Shown in pieces: positions 62,786 to 64,000 of a stretch of 64,000 nt of DNA (position 1 is the stretch's first letter; each line of letters opens with the position of its first letter). The DNA is taken from assembly GCA_904419495.1 (NCBI GenBank), contig CAJFRV010000007.1, forward strand, positions 21,763-85,762, read 5' to 3'. The position numbers were made by a program, and so were the translations under genes. The DNA comes from an uncultured Clostridia bacterium (lineage in GTDB: Bacteria > Bacillota > Clostridia > TANB77 > CAG-508). The notes under the pieces were generated by a model. The model saw only the letters and a program-made list of their open reading frames with translations. It had not been told where the DNA came from and ran no database searches.

Positions 62786-63887
62786 ATGTTAGAATTAGAA
62801 GAAAATTCAAAACTTCTAAAAATATTAGAAGAAAAATTACAAGATTTAGGTGAGTCACTTTGACATTTCTGAATTAGAAAATGAATTAAAAGATTTAGAG
62901 GCTGAAACCTTAAAAGAAGATTTCTGGCAAGATACCAAACATTCTAATAAGGTATTAGCAAAAGTTAAAAGTATTAAAAATAAAGTAAATGAATATAGAA
63001 AGATAGAAAGTGAAATACAAAATCTAACTGAGTTAACCGATTTAACAAATATAGAACCTGATGAAGAAATTGCAAAAGATATTATCAAAAACACTAAAAT
63101 TTTGGAACAGGAAGTAGAAAAATTAGAAATTGCTACTTTATTATCTGGAAAATATGATAGTAACAATGCAATTGTAACCATTCATCCCGGAGCAGGAGGA
63201 ACAGAATCACAAGATTGGGCTGAAATGTTATATAGAATGTATACTAGATGGGCAGATAAGAATGGATATACTGTAACGGAACTAGACTATTTAGAAGGTG
63301 AAGAAGCTGGAATAAAAAGTGTAACTTTTGAAATTATTGGAGAATATGCCTATGGATATATGAAAGGGGAGATGGGGGTGCATAGATTGGTTCGAATTTC
63401 TCCATTTGATAGTGGTGGAAGGAGACATACCTCGTTTGCCTCAGTAGAAGTATTGCCTGAGATTACAGATGATATTGAAATTGAAATTAATCCAGATGAT
63501 TTAAGAATAGATACTTATAGAGCTTCAGGAGCAGGAGGACAACATATTAACAAAACATCTTCAGCAGTAAGAATTACGCATTTGCCAACCAATATTGTAG
63601 TTGCTTGTCAATCTGAACGTTCACAAATACAAAATAGAGAAACGGCTATGAAAATGTTAAAATCAAAATTATTTGACTTAAAGGAAAAAGAACATAAAGA
63701 AAAAATAGAAGATTTGAAAGGAGAACAACGAGAAATTGCTTGGGGAAGTCAAATTCGTTCTTATGTATTCTGTCCATATACTATGGTAAAAGATCATAGA
63801 ACAAATTATGAAGTAGGGAATGTAGAAGCCGTTATGGATGGAAAAATAGATGATTTTATGGAAAGTTATCTAAAATATTGTAAATAA
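62786..63887 (+). CDS. prfB: Peptide chain release factor 2, expressed through programmed +1 ribosomal frameshifting at CTT TGA C (62858..62864)
   Basis: ORF0 MLELEENSKLLKILEEKLQDLGESL stops at the in-frame TGA 62861..62863. The +1 frame continues DISELENELKDL... through the SPF and GGQ (GGQHINKT) motifs. An SD-like AGGTGA lies just upstream of the shift site. Confidence 0.9.
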
Positions 63888-63981
63888 TTTGACATATTTA
63901 AACATAATCGAATATAATGTAAAGAGTTAAATTTAAATAAATTTAACTTTTTATTATTATGAAATAAAGAAGGTGCTTAAT

Positions 63982-64000
63982 ATGGAAGACATAATTGTAT
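63982..64000 (+). CDS. Start of a downstream gene (partial; continues beyond the window)
   Basis: ATG behind AAGAAGGTG; only 6 codons are visible. Confidence 0.25.

Noticed and set aside
62850-62860. GTG start of the prfB ORF as listed
   Set aside because: It is internal. The gene starts at ATG 62786 in frame 0 and reaches this frame by the programmed +1 shift at CTT TGA C.

Overview
This is a low-GC (~28%) Firmicutes/Clostridia-like chromosomal segment. It opens with a fatty-acid synthesis block (fabH-fabD-fabG-fabF-accB-fabZ). That block lacks acpP, and the accC/accD/accA genes expected after fabZ are missing. An accessory island sits at that position (5.3-18.4 kb) and holds the most notable system in the window, a diversity-generating retroelement (DGR). 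The DGR consists of a 2816-aa surface protein gene (5887..14337), an avd-like gene (14901..15269), an SQ-motif reverse transcriptase (15241..16287) and a template repeat (16324..16454). The giant protein has a prepilin-like N-terminal anchor, many Ig/Fn3-like modules and three FGE-sulfatase/C-type-lectin-fold domains. Its last ~134 nt form the variable repeat (14191..14324). The template repeat differs from the variable repeat at 16 positions, and 15 of them are template adenines (AAY codons). Other features of the island are an XRE regulator with three CTACAGGATGTAG-like palindromes in the divergent promoter, ~150-nt tandem hairpin repeats between the variable repeat and avd, and two promoterless 5'-truncated paralog fragments of the target gene (17488.., 18148..). 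The rest of the window is mostly housekeeping: pfk, an aldehyde dehydrogenase plus an Fe-alcohol dehydrogenase, valS with a T-box leader, a BceRS/BceAB-like two-component and ABC module, a radical-SAM/DNA-metabolism gene pair, a core-only FtsZ paralog, a SpoVB-like flippase, vanW, rpmE, miaB, mutS, dxr, guaA, secA, and prfB with its canonical CTT TGA C +1 frameshift site. Two families of REPIN-like inverted-repeat elements built around a TTGGGGACG core are interspersed (4719, 24599, 44447, 59720). Five genes (valS, the response regulator, the radical-SAM gene, the spoVB-like gene, mutS) are split by single-nucleotide frameshifts. Three of these (valS, mutS, radical-SAM gene) can be pinned to A homopolymer runs and the response regulator lies in an A-rich stretch, which points to assembly indel errors rather than real pseudogenes.
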